From assembly GCA_051294905.1 (NCBI GenBank), contig CM119372.1:7564001-7628000 (forward strand): DNA of 64,000 nt, read 5' to 3'. A model generated the notes under the pieces. It was not told the origin of the DNA. It saw nothing but the letters and a program-made list of their open reading frames with translations, and ran no database searches. The translations under genes were made by a program, and so were the position numbers. Of this stretch, positions 49,291-61,772 are shown piece by piece (within the stretch, counting starts at the first letter, position 1; every line of letters starts with the position of its first letter). This DNA is from Botryllus schlosseri (lineage: Eukaryota).

Positions 49291-50045
49291 CTTGTAGCAG
49301 GCCCACTTCCAGGCTTTTTTCAAGACACCGTTTACGCGAATCGGATGGCGAGGAGGCGAGACTAGATAAACCTCCAACATTTTATGAAGTGATTCTGTAG
49401 TCGACCTCGGTAGGACTCTTACGCGCGACCCATTGACCAATGACCATTGGTGTTGTAGGTGCGCAAAGGCTATGGCACCACCAGGCTATCTCACCACTAG
49501 GGTCTGACTTCTTAATCACCAGGTCGTGGCTTCAATCCACTGAGCTATCACCTACTATAGATAACTATAAACTCCGTAGGTTAGTTATCTATAAGCCTAT
49601 AATCCCCCGGTCGAGTCAGACCAAGGTAGCATAGAGAAGAAAAAATATGGTGGTGCTGACTCGATAACCTCACTCAGATGCTCTATCGCAGTGCTTTTCC
49701 ACCTTTTTGAGCTCCATTCGCACTTTTTTTGTAAAATAAATTTCGTTCGCACAAACTAACCGAAAATTGTTATGCAAAAAGAAGATGAAGATACTTAACA
49801 ACATTTTGTTCAGATGTGCGGCTTGGCTTTTTCGCTCATTTTGATTTCAACTATTTCATTAAAACCTTTCTCGGTCAGACAAGTTGGTAGGTTTTGTAGA
49901 AGAACGTCTACGTCTACTAGTGCTTAGTGGACAGTGTGCATCAATTGTGTTATTTCGTCGTTCCTTGCATCTCAGACTGAAAAATATACCACTTGAGCCG
50001 TAGCCAGAGATGGCCTCGATCCAGTTCAAGAGCCGGAGTAGGAGC

Positions 50046-50660
50046 CAGTGATGAGCGGATGGTGCTTTTCGAGACTCCGAATCCCTCCGACAACTTTAGT
50101 CTCCGAGGAAAACTCCCTCCGACTCCGAAGAGCCCAATCCCAGACTCCGCGATACTCCGAATAATTTCGTCAAGTATCCGAAATTTTATGAACTACAGAC
50201 ACTGCTCAACGAAAATGCCTTGCTAGATCACCAGGTTAAGATAGCTCGTGTCAAATCATACCATTTAACCAGTTATATGTAGCATTGGAGTGGCAAACAT
50301 GGTACACTTGGTTATGTGTTTTACTAGATAAATGTGATAATATGGTTAGCCTTAGAGTATTGTCTACTCTCCAGTCCCCAATTGCAATGCAGATGGCTGA
50401 TTTTTATGCACTTGGCAATCATTTTTGCATGTTACCCGTCATATTACAACTTTATAAGGTGTCAGCTGTCTGTGTTTTGGTTTGTTATCAATAGTGTCTT
50501 CTGGTCAGAGCAATCCAAAGATATCGGGGACAAAAGTTACAAAACTCCGAAAATCTCCGAAAAAATATCTGTAGTAAACTCCGACTCCGCTCCGAGTGTC
50601 ACAAAATCGGCAAAACTCTGCTCCGAATACACTCCGACTCCGCTCCGATGCTCATCACTG
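50046..50660. mobile_element. hAT MITE with GACTCCG repeats, nested in an older CCGG/GAATCC-rich element (about 50005-50890)
   Basis: TIR CAGTGATGAGC/GCTCATCACTG. TSD GTAGGAGC/GCCGGAGC (6/8). The outer element has degenerate ends CAGAGATGGCC/GACAATCTATG. Confidence 0.78.
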
Positions 50661-51924
50661 GCCGGAGCAGGATTGCATCGATTTTTAGCTCAGTGGATTT
50701 TTGAAGAAGCCGGACTGGTTCCGGAGATTGAATTTGCTTTGAAGCTCGGATTTTAGCAGGATTTCACCAATGAAATAAGAAAAAATTAGCAGAATATTAG
50801 CAGGATCATTTCGGACTCCGAATTTTAAATTGCCAGCCGGATCCGGACGGATTCGGATTCAGAAATTTGCGAATCCGACAATCTATGGCCAGGCCATAGC
50901 CACAGTACCGTACTACTGCAGTACTTAAAATCAAGATTACCAGACCACAATCTGACATATCGACCGCGCCTACCGACACATGCAGCATTCATTTTGCTCG
51001 CTTCCTTATATGTTATCTTTTCCTAAACCCAGTGCGCATTGTGCATGCCTCAAGCTGTGTCTGATTAAAAGACTACTCCAAGTCGTTTCGGCACCCTCTT
51101 ATCTTTTCATTATATCGCAATCTTGTAGTGTATTTATTTGATAAAAATTTTAATAAATTGATGACGATGAAATTTTCAATCAAAATGATTCTGATACCAT
51201 CGGCGTCGTCAGTAACGCAAATCACGTCGGTTTCGTCGCTATTTTAACCTAGGCGACGCGTGTTGTTTACTTTTTTGTGGAGCTTCTGTGGTCGCGTGAT
51301 TAGGGTTGTGGACGTGGTCGGTTACCTGCCCTGCTGGTCATTTCTGATCTGGTCTGTGTCAGGTGTCACGATGTCAGTCAGTCAGACATTATCCATTCAA
51401 CGCACAAAAGGAATTGAATTGTAATGAAAAGTCAAAGCGAAATGGTGTAGTCCAACCTTGTTTGTTCGTTTGTTTGTACAAATATACCGTGGTTCCTTTC
51501 GGATTCATGAAGTATAACTTAATGGATAGAGTTCATTTTGGAATGACACACTGTATGCTGTAACGTATCCGATCTTGCTGGGCATCATTACTGATTGCGT
51601 CTAAGAGTCTAGTTCATCCATTCTTCATTGTTTTTTTTTCCTTTCTATTATGTTCTGTCCAACTCCAAGGCCACTCTGCGGATAGTTGGTTATCGACTAT
51701 GTGTTGATCACAACTAAAAAGAAAAAATTTTAGGCTAATTTCTTGGTTATTGAATCGATTGTCTTGACCACAATAATGAGAACTTCCATTATTCTATTAT
51801 ATATACTTCAATCAATGAAATTTCAGTCGGTACGGTAGTAGATCAAATTCTAACATGGCATGGCAACATTCTCAGTGCTGTAATAGATGCAATCATAAAT
51901 ATACTTCAAGATTGGACATTTTTC

Positions 51925-52731
51925 GGCACTTCTTCGTTATTCCCCACACATCCAGAAGTGATCACCATGAAACCAATAAATGATTCCCATGAACATGTGA
52001 AATTTTATAGACGTCAAAATGAATTGTTTTTCGCGTTGGGGTGGGATAGACGGATATTAGGGTTGAGGAGAGGGGAGATATTAGGGTTGGGGGAGAGGGG
52101 GATGTTAGGGTTAGGGGAGGTGGGATATTAGGGTTAGGGGAGGTGGGATATTAGGGTTGGGGGAGGTGGGATATTAGGGTTAGGGGTTAGGTTAGGGTTA
52201 TGATTAGGGTTAGGGGAGGTGGGATATTAGGGTTGGGGGAGGTGGGATATTAGGGGTTAGGTTAGGGTTAGGGGAGGTGGGATATTAGGGTTAGGGGACG
52301 TGAATATTAGGGTTGAGGGAGAGGGTGATGTTAGGGGAGGCGGGATTTAGGGTTGGAGAGAGGGGGATGTTAGGAGAGGGGTGATATTAGGGTTGGAGAA
52401 GAGGGTTAGGGACATGATATCCCACCGCCCCTAACCCTAATCATAACCCTAATATCCCACCTCCCCTAACCCTAACATCCCCCTCTCCCCCAACCCTAAT
52501 ATCTCCCCTCTCCTCAACCCTAATATCCCCCTCACGTAACCCTAATATCCCCCTCTCCCCCAACCCTAATATCTCCCCTCTCCTCAACCCTAATATCCGT
52601 CTATCCCACCCCAACGCGAAAAACAATTCATTTTGACGTTTATAAATTTTTCTGTTTATGTTCATGGGGAAACATTTATTGGTGTCATGGGGATCATTTT
52701 TTCGATGTGTGGGGAATAACGAAGAAGTGCC
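51925..52731. mobile_element. Foldback/Mutator-like element with long TIRs and internal telomere-like G-rich/C-rich tracts
   Basis: Inverted ends GGCACTTCTTCGTTATTCCCCACACATC.../...GATGTGTGGGGAATAACGAAGAAGTGCC continuing for more than 100 bp. Perfect 8-bp TSD CATTTTTC (51917-24, 52732-39). About 23-bp units containing TTAGGG on the left, CCCTAA on the right. Confidence 0.85.
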
Positions 52732-52975
52732 CATTTTTCTTGATTGTTTTTTTTCTGTACCCTTTTAGTTGTTTTAAAATGCTTTGCTTTTTTGCGTCAT
52801 GTGAATTTTAATTTGTCTTGTAAGATGTAAATAGACATTCAAACTTGAACAAGCTCTCAATTTGATTTGAAAATTATATAACGAAGTGATCCCATAACTA
52901 TATCATTGCCTTTGTTGAAACATTAAATTACTGACTCCATCAATCTTGATCAATATGTTTTACAAACAGTTGAAA

Positions 52976-54340
52976 ATGTCTACTTACACTTACACATGCA
53001 TCACGTGTCACGTGACGTTTCCGCACGCGGAAATGCAAAGGCAGCATTACAAAACCGATTGGCATCGGTACAACTTGAAGAGAAAAGTAGTCGGAATGCC
53101 GCCCGTAACTGCCACCACATTCCAAGACAAAGTGAAAGAGCACAAGGTCACTTCCGACAACGACAAAGAAGCGGAAGGTATCTCCGGATTCTGTTGCAAG
53201 CTCTGTCAGAAACGATTCGGCTCTCACAAGGCTTTCGAAAATCACCGCAATTCCAAAAAACATCGCGCTCGAGAGACCAGCCATCTTCAAAATATCGAAG
53301 AGAACATGTCTAGAGATGGCGATGGAATAAGGGAAAAAGGTGACGTCTTAATCGAAGATGAGATCAAAGTTCAGAAGATGTTAGCCGATGCCAAAGCAGA
53401 CATGGAGAAACCGAAAATAATCAGGAGCGCAGACACAAAGACAGCTAGAGCGTTCGCGTCTGGAGATAATCCGCGGATGCAATGGTTCAAAAAGCAAGCG
53501 AAAGCTTTAGAAGAGACGGAAGATAATGAAGATGGATGGGAAGACATGGAGGAAGACGGCACAGATGAGGAAGCAGAAATGGTGGAAGACGCAACAGAAG
53601 TTGATGAGGATGCTGACGTTGAATCTTTATCATCCGAAGCCATATCCTCAACCAGCCAACGACACATACCTGTCAACGAGTGTCTGTTCTGTTTTAAAAA
53701 CTCAAAAACCATGGAATCAAATATCATCCACATGTCTAAGAAACACGGATTCTTTGTGCCCGACCTGAATTTTGTAATAGACTTGGACGGCCTCTTGAAT
53801 TACCTCGGAGAAAAGGTTGGCGTCGGTAACGTGTGCTTGTGGTGCAACGAAAAAGGGAAAGCTTTTTACAGCATGTCTGCTGCCGCGAAGCATATGAGAG
53901 ACAAGGGGCATTGTAACCTTCTTTTTGGAGGCGATGCTGCTTTGGAGTATGCCGATTTCTATGATTTTGGAGAGATGAACGATGATGATATGGATTTTGA
54001 AGACGATGAAACGACTGAAATGCCTTCTGGAGAAGAATCTCAAGAACTTGAATTGGTATTACCTTCTGGAGCGTCAATCGGGCATCGCGCATTGATGAAG
54101 TATTACAAGCAGAAGTTTCCTACTGTCGACAGAAGCTCTACGAAAAAACAGAGGACCTTGACGAGGCTTTTATCGCGGTACAGAGCTCTAGGCTGGCATG
54201 GAGGAGTCCATTCGCCCAATAACCAGATGCAGAAAGACCTCGCTTTCTTGAAGCACAAAAAGACCAAATATCAGCTGAAACTGTCTGTTAATAACAACAA
54301 GACTATGATGAAGCACTACAGGAGCCAGATTTTGATGTAG
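52976..54340 (+). CDS. ZNF622: Zinc finger protein 622 / Rei1-like cytoplasmic 60S maturation factor, single exon, 454 aa
   Basis: Uninterrupted ORF (the track starts at 52946; the conserved start MSTYTYTCITC is at 52976). Four C2H2 fingers (CITC...HYKTDWH, CKLC...HRNSKKH, CLFC...HMSKKH, CLWC...HMRDKGH), acidic linker, LVLPSGASIGHRALMKYYKQ. Confidence 0.95.
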   Translation: MSTYTYTCITCHVTFPHAEMQRQHYKTDWHRYNLKRKVVGMPPVTATTFQDKVKEHKVTSDNDKEAEGISGFCCKLCQKRFGSHKAFENHRNSKKHRARETSHLQNIEENMSRDGDGIREKGDVLIEDEIKVQKMLADAKADMEKPKIIRSADTKTARAFASGDNPRMQWFKKQAKALEETEDNEDGWEDMEEDGTDEEAEMVEDATEVDEDADVESLSSEAISSTSQRHIPVNECLFCFKNSKTMESNIIHMSKKHGFFVPDLNFVIDLDGLLNYLGEKVGVGNVCLWCNEKGKAFYSMSAAAKHMRDKGHCNLLFGGDAALEYADFYDFGEMNDDDMDFEDDETTEMPSGEESQELELVLPSGASIGHRALMKYYKQKFPTVDRSSTKKQRTLTRLLSRYRALGWHGGVHSPNNQMQKDLAFLKHKKTKYQLKLSVNNNKTMMKHYRSQILM

Positions 54341-55019
54341 ATATATTTGCGACTATGTGTCACTTCATTTCCGTGAAACACCAATACATGCGAATGATGC
54401 GATTAGAAATATAGCCGTGTTCCTTTATATGTCTCCAGAAATCAGCTAGGTACTTAGTCAAATCAGATCAAGATATATCCACTTACAATACACATTATTT
54501 AATGGTACCCGCCTGAAAGCAAGTCAGTTTGCTCCACTGTCAGATGTCAAGTGTTCTCTACTTACTGTGTGGTCTGGCGTCAATATCTGACTCGATCTAC
54601 CAATACTACGACTGTGCTTGCAATAATATTCGTTTCAATATCTCAATTTGTCACTGGTCAAAAGCGTTGTATTCAACTTCAAAAATCTCACGGAGTACGT
54701 ACAATTTTCTATAGGGATGTAAAATTATATGAAATAGCTTAAAATGCCACTGGAATATGATTTCTAATTTGCATTATAAAGGATCATAATAAATGGCAAA
54801 AATTCTGGCTAAGATTGTTCAACGATACATCAATTCATGAAAAACTGAAAGTATGGGTGGGCAGCATTGAAATAACAAGTAGAAATTTGATCGACTAACA
54901 GCGAAAGTTTACATTTTGTTTGCACTGCGTGTATAGACACACCATTGATTTGCAGCTGCGTCAGATTTCTTAGTCAACCCAAATACGCAAATAATTCTGA
55001 GCAACAAAGCAGTGACACT

Positions 55020-55300
55020 TCCATTCAACAATTATACTCATGAATAATATACCGGTATTCATACTGAAATAAACCGGAATGTGTTCGGCTGACACTCGTC
55101 AGGAGTTATGGTCAGCAGCTAGTAGTGTTGGCAAGAACATTGTATATCAACAATTGTATCATCGAATATGACGTCACGATTGTTGATATAGAATGTTCTT
55201 TCCATTTTTCCACTAGTTGCTGGCGAGCGTCAGCCGAAAATATTTTCGTGTATTTCAAATGCATTGAATATACTACTCAATTGTATATTGAAGTTCTGCA
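55020..55300. mobile_element. Palindromic MITE centred on TGACGTCA; partial copies about 3480-3650, 5100-5230, 26340-26420, and split at 15860-15895/17284-17310
   Basis: Arms TGAAATAAACCGGAAT..TTCGGCTGAC / GTCAGCCGAAAATATT..TATTTCA. Recurrent CTTCAATATACAATTGAA terminus. Confidence 0.65.
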
Positions 55301-55448
55301 CCTCCAAGAAGCTCTTCAGATTATACTCTACATCTGCAATATCAGAACATATACGATATCATGCCTTCAAGAAAATTTGTGTCGGTAAAAATTTAACAAG
55401 CATACAGAAACTTTGCAATTGTTCATTAGTAAAGCATAGTCACGGCGA

Positions 55449-58426
55449 TCACACTAGCCAACTTTTGACATACTTGGCAGACAACTCCCGAGCGACCTTC
55501 AAGTCCTCGGGATCTTCCGGATGATCCGGGTACATGATCGCACAATGTGCTGAGCTCGGAGCATATAAAGCATGAAACGTTGGATTCACATCATACTGTA
55601 GACTCGGTGTGTGGTCCGGATGAGGCAAATAGGACATGGCATGCCACGGGTCCACCCCGCCGTTGAATAGACAGGCGTTGGATACTTCTTCCGCAATCTT
55701 TTTCGCGCCATAATTCGCGTTTGACTCGCTTATGCCGTCTTTGATATTCTCAGGCGAGAACTGCGGTCCAAATATTTTGTCGCACATATCAAGAAATAAG
55801 TCTAACGAAAATCCTCGGAAAGGTTGTTTCGAACTGTCGGTCGTCTGGAACCAGCCGAATTCGGTGCAAGTCTGGAAAGGTGTTGAATTTTCTTGGCTAT
55901 CCAACTTGAAATCAAACTATTTTTAAAGATACCTGAAAGGTCCATGTCCTTCCAGCATCAAATATAGGATTTCTCATTTTCTTGATGAAATTTTTATAAC
56001 TAGAGTCGACGCACTCGCCATTGCCATTACGAATGCTTCTGTATCGTCTGGACAGCTGAAATATCAAAATGTATATGTTCTCAATCAGAATTTATGACAA
56101 GGATGTTGATGCATACCACTCTCTTTCGGCGATAAAAGCTTCCAAATAAAGACGGTATGGTCGCATATCGAGCAACCTCATCGCCAACACTTTCATCAGT
56201 CATGTGTCTGCAAACAGCTTGTATTGTCACATTTCCTCCTGCAAACATATAATGAATGTAGTGTCGACTGTTTATAGCTAGTCTAGTGTGATCCATACCA
56301 GTAGGTAAAATTAAACACCTGTGTATGATTGAACAGTTGTAAAACATGAAAAGTTCATTTTATGTATTGCAAAGGATGATTTCTTCAATCAGATTTAAAG
56401 TACTAACCTGTCGCGCCTTCAAATGCTCTGTTGTCTCGATTGTATTGCACTGTTTCGGCTATTGGGTCGTAAATTGTACTTTGGAAGTATTCATCGTCAC
56501 CTTCCTCTAGTGGCTGGCAAAGGTTAAACGTTTTCTGAAGTTCCTTACGGCCATCAGCAGACTTCAACATCTGCTCCACTTTGTTTGTAGCCACGGTGAT
56601 ACTTTGGACGCAATCTCGTCCACCAAAATTCGTTAAAGACCTGGATATGGATACAGTAATTTGACTTGAGAAAGATTATCATTGGTCGACACGATTTGAT
56701 AGACTATAATATACCATCACCATCATCATCATCATTGGTTTATTAGCAATTTTATCAGTTCAATACACCACAAAAATGCGATACAATGAAAAGATAGGAA
56801 GGCGTCGAAGCGACTTGGAGTAGTCTATGGAATCAGACACCCAACTTGGCCTAGGCGATGTAAAGAGGAGGCATGCACACTAAATGAAAAGTAAAAAAGA
56901 TAGTATAAAAAAAGCAAGCAACAAGAAATGGATGGCATGTCATGAAAGGCAAGATCGATAGGTCAGTCGTGTTCCGGTAATCTTGAGGGTGGACTAATAT
57001 TCATTTAGTAGTAATTGCTTGTATTTCGACTTGAATGTGGACATGCTCGTCGACAGTCGGATGGCCGGCGGGATACTGTTCCCCACATCGGGTCCGGCAT
57101 ATTCGATGGAGCGATGATCTTTTCGGTCGATCATATGATATTTGGACGACGTGAAAGCGCGTGTGTTGTACTTGTGCGCTTTTGATTCCGAAGTAAAAAA
57201 GTCACTGAAATATTCGGGACAACGACCGCAGTGGAACTGATACATAAACTTGGCGATTTCTAGTTTCCGCATATCATCTATGTTTAGGACACCGAATCTC
57301 TTCCGCAGTCAATCTATCAATCTAGATATCCCAGATACCGATGTATTAAGAAACATTTATATATAAACATTGTCGCCTGTTATTCAACAGTATGGAAGGG
57401 CAACATAACAAGGACACAATGAGAATTGAGTACCCAACGTTTTGTTTTGATAAAATAGGGTGTATGTTGTAGTTGTACATACCACTCCCCACTAAGTGCA
57501 GATTTGCAGACAGCAAACAAAAATAACAAGTTGCATAAAACAAAGGAGATTAGCGAATAGTTAGAGTACGGTAACCATAAATAACAGTATATCAAGTATA
57601 CCAATTGCTATGAAACACCTATCAAAACCAATACCATGATGTTTTTAATTGCCCTCATTAAACACACCAATGACAAATGTATGCCAACTACTCACCTGTT
57701 AACGACTTCGTTGTATTCAAAAAAATTCATTTTTGCCAGAAGTGGAGCACTGGCTGACATTGCCCCTAAATTGCATAACAAATATCCTATTACAGCTCAT
57801 GAGCTAAAAATATGTTCATTACTTGCCTCGTATTAGTGTAGGATATTTCAATCTCATCCAAAGTGACAAGGATCCCGGATACGATCCCCCAAAAGTCACC
57901 CAGTCACTAATGCCCGTTTCAGCTGTCTTGTTTTGAATAAACCTTGCAAGGTCAGCAAGCGCTTGTTCACTCGATAGGTATCGCAAATTCTCAACTGATG
58001 TATCATTTGTCGGTTTACTTTCTCCATAGAATCTATGATGTAGATAATGCATGTTAGTCATATTTTCCAAGCATTTGCTCTCCAAGATATAGAAACCTGT
58101 GCTCCACAATGAAGACCATTGCTCCCACATCTTTGGCGATTTCTATCCAATGACCTTTGGTGAGCCATGCTGGGCTTTCAGGACCCTCACCTCCAATCTG
58201 GATGAAAGCTGGGCCACCCGATTTATAATATTCGTCGGAGGCGAAATACCTTTGCTTCCAGGTATTATGGTCCTGTAAAATATGCCAACAGTGTCAGTGA
58301 CGAAATTTCACGATTGAAACTGTGTTCTCTTACTTCATAGTTGAAGTGATCAAGTCGTTGAGTATACCATTCCTCTTGTGCCGAAACACAGGATATGATA
58401 CAGATTACAGACACCAAATACTTCAT
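55449..58426 (-). CDS. PRSS16: Serine carboxypeptidase S28 family protease (thymus-specific serine protease/PRCP-like), 481 aa, with signal peptide
   Basis: Exons 58426-58334, 58272-58097, 58032-57827, 57765-57696, 56640-56408, 56238-56117, 56055-55933, 55871-55449 (1446 nt in frame; intron 3 is GC-AG). Motifs [34 protein letters not shown] (Ser), [18 protein letters not shown] (Asp), SAHCAIM (His). Confidence 0.9.
56950..57310 (-). pseudogene. CR1/L2-clade LINE 3' fragment in PRSS16-like intron 4
   Basis: [10 protein letters not shown]...HKYNTR...[39 protein letters not shown] is the typical LINE ORF2 C-terminus. Confidence 0.75.
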
Positions 58427-59163
58427 CTTCACTGGATTAAATTGGATGAATCTTAAAGCCTGTTATAAAAGATTACATTGATTTGTCTTTTAATTATGTC
58501 ACTTCAAAACATAACGTTACAAGGCACTGAAACAAAATCACCTTGTTGAAGAATGTTACTTAATTAGTTCGATAGTTCGTTTGTTAGTTAATTTTATTTT
58601 TATTTATTAATAGTTATCGAGTGTGAAAATTGCTCCTGTCCTGGGTGGCTCGGCTCTGAAGACTTTGTCATATCGAGCCTCCCGTCTACCTTGCAAGTCG
58701 CATTTCACTGTTACATTTTTGTAGTGTAATGTTGGTATGTAATACGCATGAAGATTCTCTCTGTGACTGTGTGTGTGTGTGATAGGCCTCTGTTAGTGTT
58801 AATTAGGTTAAATGCACACATGCACATTGCACATGCCACTATAAGATGCTATATATCCTTATATATGCCTAAATATTATTGTGGTGTATTGACCTGATAA
58901 AAATTCCTAATAAACCAATGATGATGATAATTTATACCGTAGTACGTTAAATCTTAAACTGACATATTGCAATTTAACTACGTTAGAAATGCCAATACGC
59001 CCACGATGCGCTACGTCTAGCTCTTGAGAACTACTCGATTAAGTCACGAGTTCATCAAACATTTTCCTGTGTCAGAAAAACACATCAAAATTGCAGCTAT
59101 AGCAGAATCTTGCCACTGGACTGTGACAACAGATAATCACGGCTGGTTTCGAGGGGAATCCCG

Positions 59164-59172
59164 GTCACATGA
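59164..59172 (+). promoter_or_regulatory. Candidate MiT/TFE (M-box/CLEAR-like) site in the PRSS16-like/SGSH divergent promoter
   Basis: GTCACATGA about 90 bp upstream of the SGSH ATG. A single short motif, so weak support. Confidence 0.3.
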
Positions 59173-59262
59173 TTGCTGCATTTGTTTTGCAACGCTTGAG
59201 CAACCTCGGGCTGCCAGTAAAATTTGTGTTAGCCGTTTGCTGGTACTGCGTGCTGGGACGTG

Positions 59263-60771
59263 ATGTCTGATTCACGCCTTGTGTCTTATATATTGTCTTT
59301 TTCCGTCATATTCCACCACGTTAGTTGCAGAAATGTCTTAGTTATCGTAGCAGATGATTACGGATTTGAATCGGGCACGTATAATAATACAGTTATTTCT
59401 ACACCGAACATTGATGGGTTAGCAAAAAGAGGAGTCGTCTATAAGAATGCCTACACCGTCGTTAGTAGTTGCTCCCCTAGCCGTTCCGCGATTCTCACCG
59501 GATTACCTCCGCATCAAAACGGAATGTACGGACTGCATAATGGTTACCATGACTTCAATTCATTTGCCAAGGTAAGAAGTTTGCCGTACATCCTGAAGAA
59601 TAGTGGCGTGAGAACTGGAATTATTGGGAAAAAGCATGTGGGTCCAGAAGAAGCTTATCCATTTGATTACGCGGAAACAGAAGAAAACAACTCAATCATG
59701 CAAGTTGGCCGAAACATAACGCGTATCAAAGAGTTGACTCATGAGTTTTTGTCACAAAATAATACCGATCCTTTCTTTTTGTACATTGGTTTCCATGACC
59801 CTCATCGATGTGGTCACACTAATCCGCAGTATGGCGTGTTTTGTGAGAAGTTTGGAAATGGTGACCCTGGCATGGGTGTGATGCCAGACTGGAAGCCAGC
59901 TTATTACCGACCGCAAGATGTTATCGTTCCTGGTTTTGTTCAAGACACACCTGCTTCAAGAATGGATTTGTCAGCACAGTACACAACAATATCGCGGCTA
60001 GACCAAGGAGTTGGATTAGTACTAAAAGAGCTTGAAATATCTGGGCATGCGGATGACACGTTGATTATATTTACCTCGGACAATGGTATTCCTTTTCCTA
60101 ACGGTCGGACCAATCTCTATGAATCTGGAGCTAAAGAGCCTTTCATCCTGTCGAATCCAAGTAACAAGAATACCTGGGGCTCTGAGTCTAACATGCTAGC
60201 AAGTACTCTCGATATTACACCAACAGTTTTAGACTGGTGGCAGATTCCATATCCGCAGTATAAATTATTTGGTAGACAAGTCGATCTGGAGGGACAATCG
60301 CTATTGTCTGATGCGCTACAAGATGCCTTTGTGTATGGCAGTCACAGCCTTCATGAGGTGACAATGTATTATCCCATGCGATCTATAAGAGATCACTCAT
60401 TTAGGCTTATCCATAATCTCAACTACATGATGCCGTTTCCAATAGATCAGGACTTCTATCTATCTCCGTCATTTCAAGACCTGCTCAACCGCACTCGTTC
60501 TGGTGAGGACACGCACTGGTTCAAAAGTTTGAAAGAATACTATTACCGTCCAGAATGGGAGCTGTATGATTTGAAAAATGACCCGCTGGAAATGAATAAT
60601 CTAGCTTACATGAACGAATATGCCGATCTCGTGAAAAAATATAAGTTTTCACAGATGCAATGGTTGAATGTGACGCACGATCCATGGATCTGTTCTCCTG
60701 GCGGTGTCTTGGAGGATGCGGGAAGTTACAAACAGCATCCCGTGTGCATGTCGATGCAGAATGGACTCTGA
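59263..60771 (+). CDS. SGSH: N-sulphoglucosamine sulphohydrolase (sulfamidase), single exon
   Basis: 502-aa ORF with signal peptide, [10 protein letters not shown], sulfatase formylglycine motif [54 protein letters not shown]. Confidence 0.97.
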   Translation: MSDSRLVSYILSFSVIFHHVSCRNVLVIVADDYGFESGTYNNTVISTPNIDGLAKRGVVYKNAYTVVSSCSPSRSAILTGLPPHQNGMYGLHNGYHDFNSFAKVRSLPYILKNSGVRTGIIGKKHVGPEEAYPFDYAETEENNSIMQVGRNITRIKELTHEFLSQNNTDPFFLYIGFHDPHRCGHTNPQYGVFCEKFGNGDPGMGVMPDWKPAYYRPQDVIVPGFVQDTPASRMDLSAQYTTISRLDQGVGLVLKELEISGHADDTLIIFTSDNGIPFPNGRTNLYESGAKEPFILSNPSNKNTWGSESNMLASTLDITPTVLDWWQIPYPQYKLFGRQVDLEGQSLLSDALQDAFVYGSHSLHEVTMYYPMRSIRDHSFRLIHNLNYMMPFPIDQDFYLSPSFQDLLNRTRSGEDTHWFKSLKEYYYRPEWELYDLKNDPLEMNNLAYMNEYADLVKKYKFSQMQWLNVTHDPWICSPGGVLEDAGSYKQHPVCMSMQNGL

Positions 60772-61772
60772 GAATGATGTCTTCATTTTATTAAAGTGCA
60801 ATGATGGTGGTATTGAATATTGGTGCTTATCAGAACCTATTTTATACTTGCCCTTGAACTGTATAGCATTTTCATATTGACTTTTTTCACTCTGGTTTTT
60901 AATGCATTATCATATTTTAGCTTTCTTATTTTCCAGATGGTGGGCTATTGATAATAATAACAGATAGCTACAGCACACTTTCGTAAACTTTGAAGTAACT
61001 CAAGACAATTCCAAGGAAGCTTTGTCATAAAGAATCCGAAATCCAAATCCAAGTACTTTTGAGATGATACATTGATTTCTTCAAACTCCCAATAGCAAAT
61101 AGCGCATATTAGCCTCCTGATACTGCAGTCATGTGGCATTTGGGTCACCGAGACCCGTAGTGGCCCCTCCAAATTTTCAACTTGGGCATTTTAACTTCGC
61201 TCGTTTTCATACTTCCCAACATATATTCGTGACGTAATTATTATTCCATACCCCCAATTTTCATCCCTGCTACGCCTACAGAGACCACCCCACATGGAAA
61301 TGCTACTTGCTACTTGATATGGTGCTTTAGAACAGTGCTTTTCGACCTTTTTTTGGTGTGGTGCTCACTTGAAGTTGTTGCGACGAGTAGTGCGTGGTTG
61401 ATAACGTCATATTTCAGAGGCTAGTTACTGAACAAGGTACTGGTGCACCCAATGCATAATTTAATACACAATATGGTGCACCGTACACATCGGTTGAATA
61501 GCACTGGTTTCGATCTTCTGAATTTATCTATAACCTGAGTGATTTGTGTTGGCGTTGATTTTCGTGAGCAAGGATCAAAAGGTCACTATTATCCCGACAT
61601 AACGTTACGCGGCATTTTTAGCGTGATAGTTAATATTTAACTTTCAAATCATGGAACATAATCAGTACTGGCTGCTGCATTTACGATTCTTATGTACTGC
61701 TGACTATATAACAGACTTTATAGTATAGTATAGTATAGTAGAGTGTACGGTTTCTAGTAAAGTACAATAATT

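Noticed and set aside
51326-51341. Possible minus-strand first exon (ATG ACC AGC AGG GCA G|GTAACC) divergent from ZNF622
   Set aside because: Good donor in a CpG-rich patch, but no downstream coding exons could be linked to it.
52000-52620. True telomere-telomere fusion scar
   Set aside because: Long non-telomeric TIRs and a perfect 8-bp TSD show it is a transposed unit. The repeats are composite 23-mers, not pure TTAGGG arrays.
53371-54092. Antisense and overlapping ORFs on ZNF622, and similar ones on DECR2 and SGSH
   Set aside because: Shadow frames of real coding sequence with no independent support.
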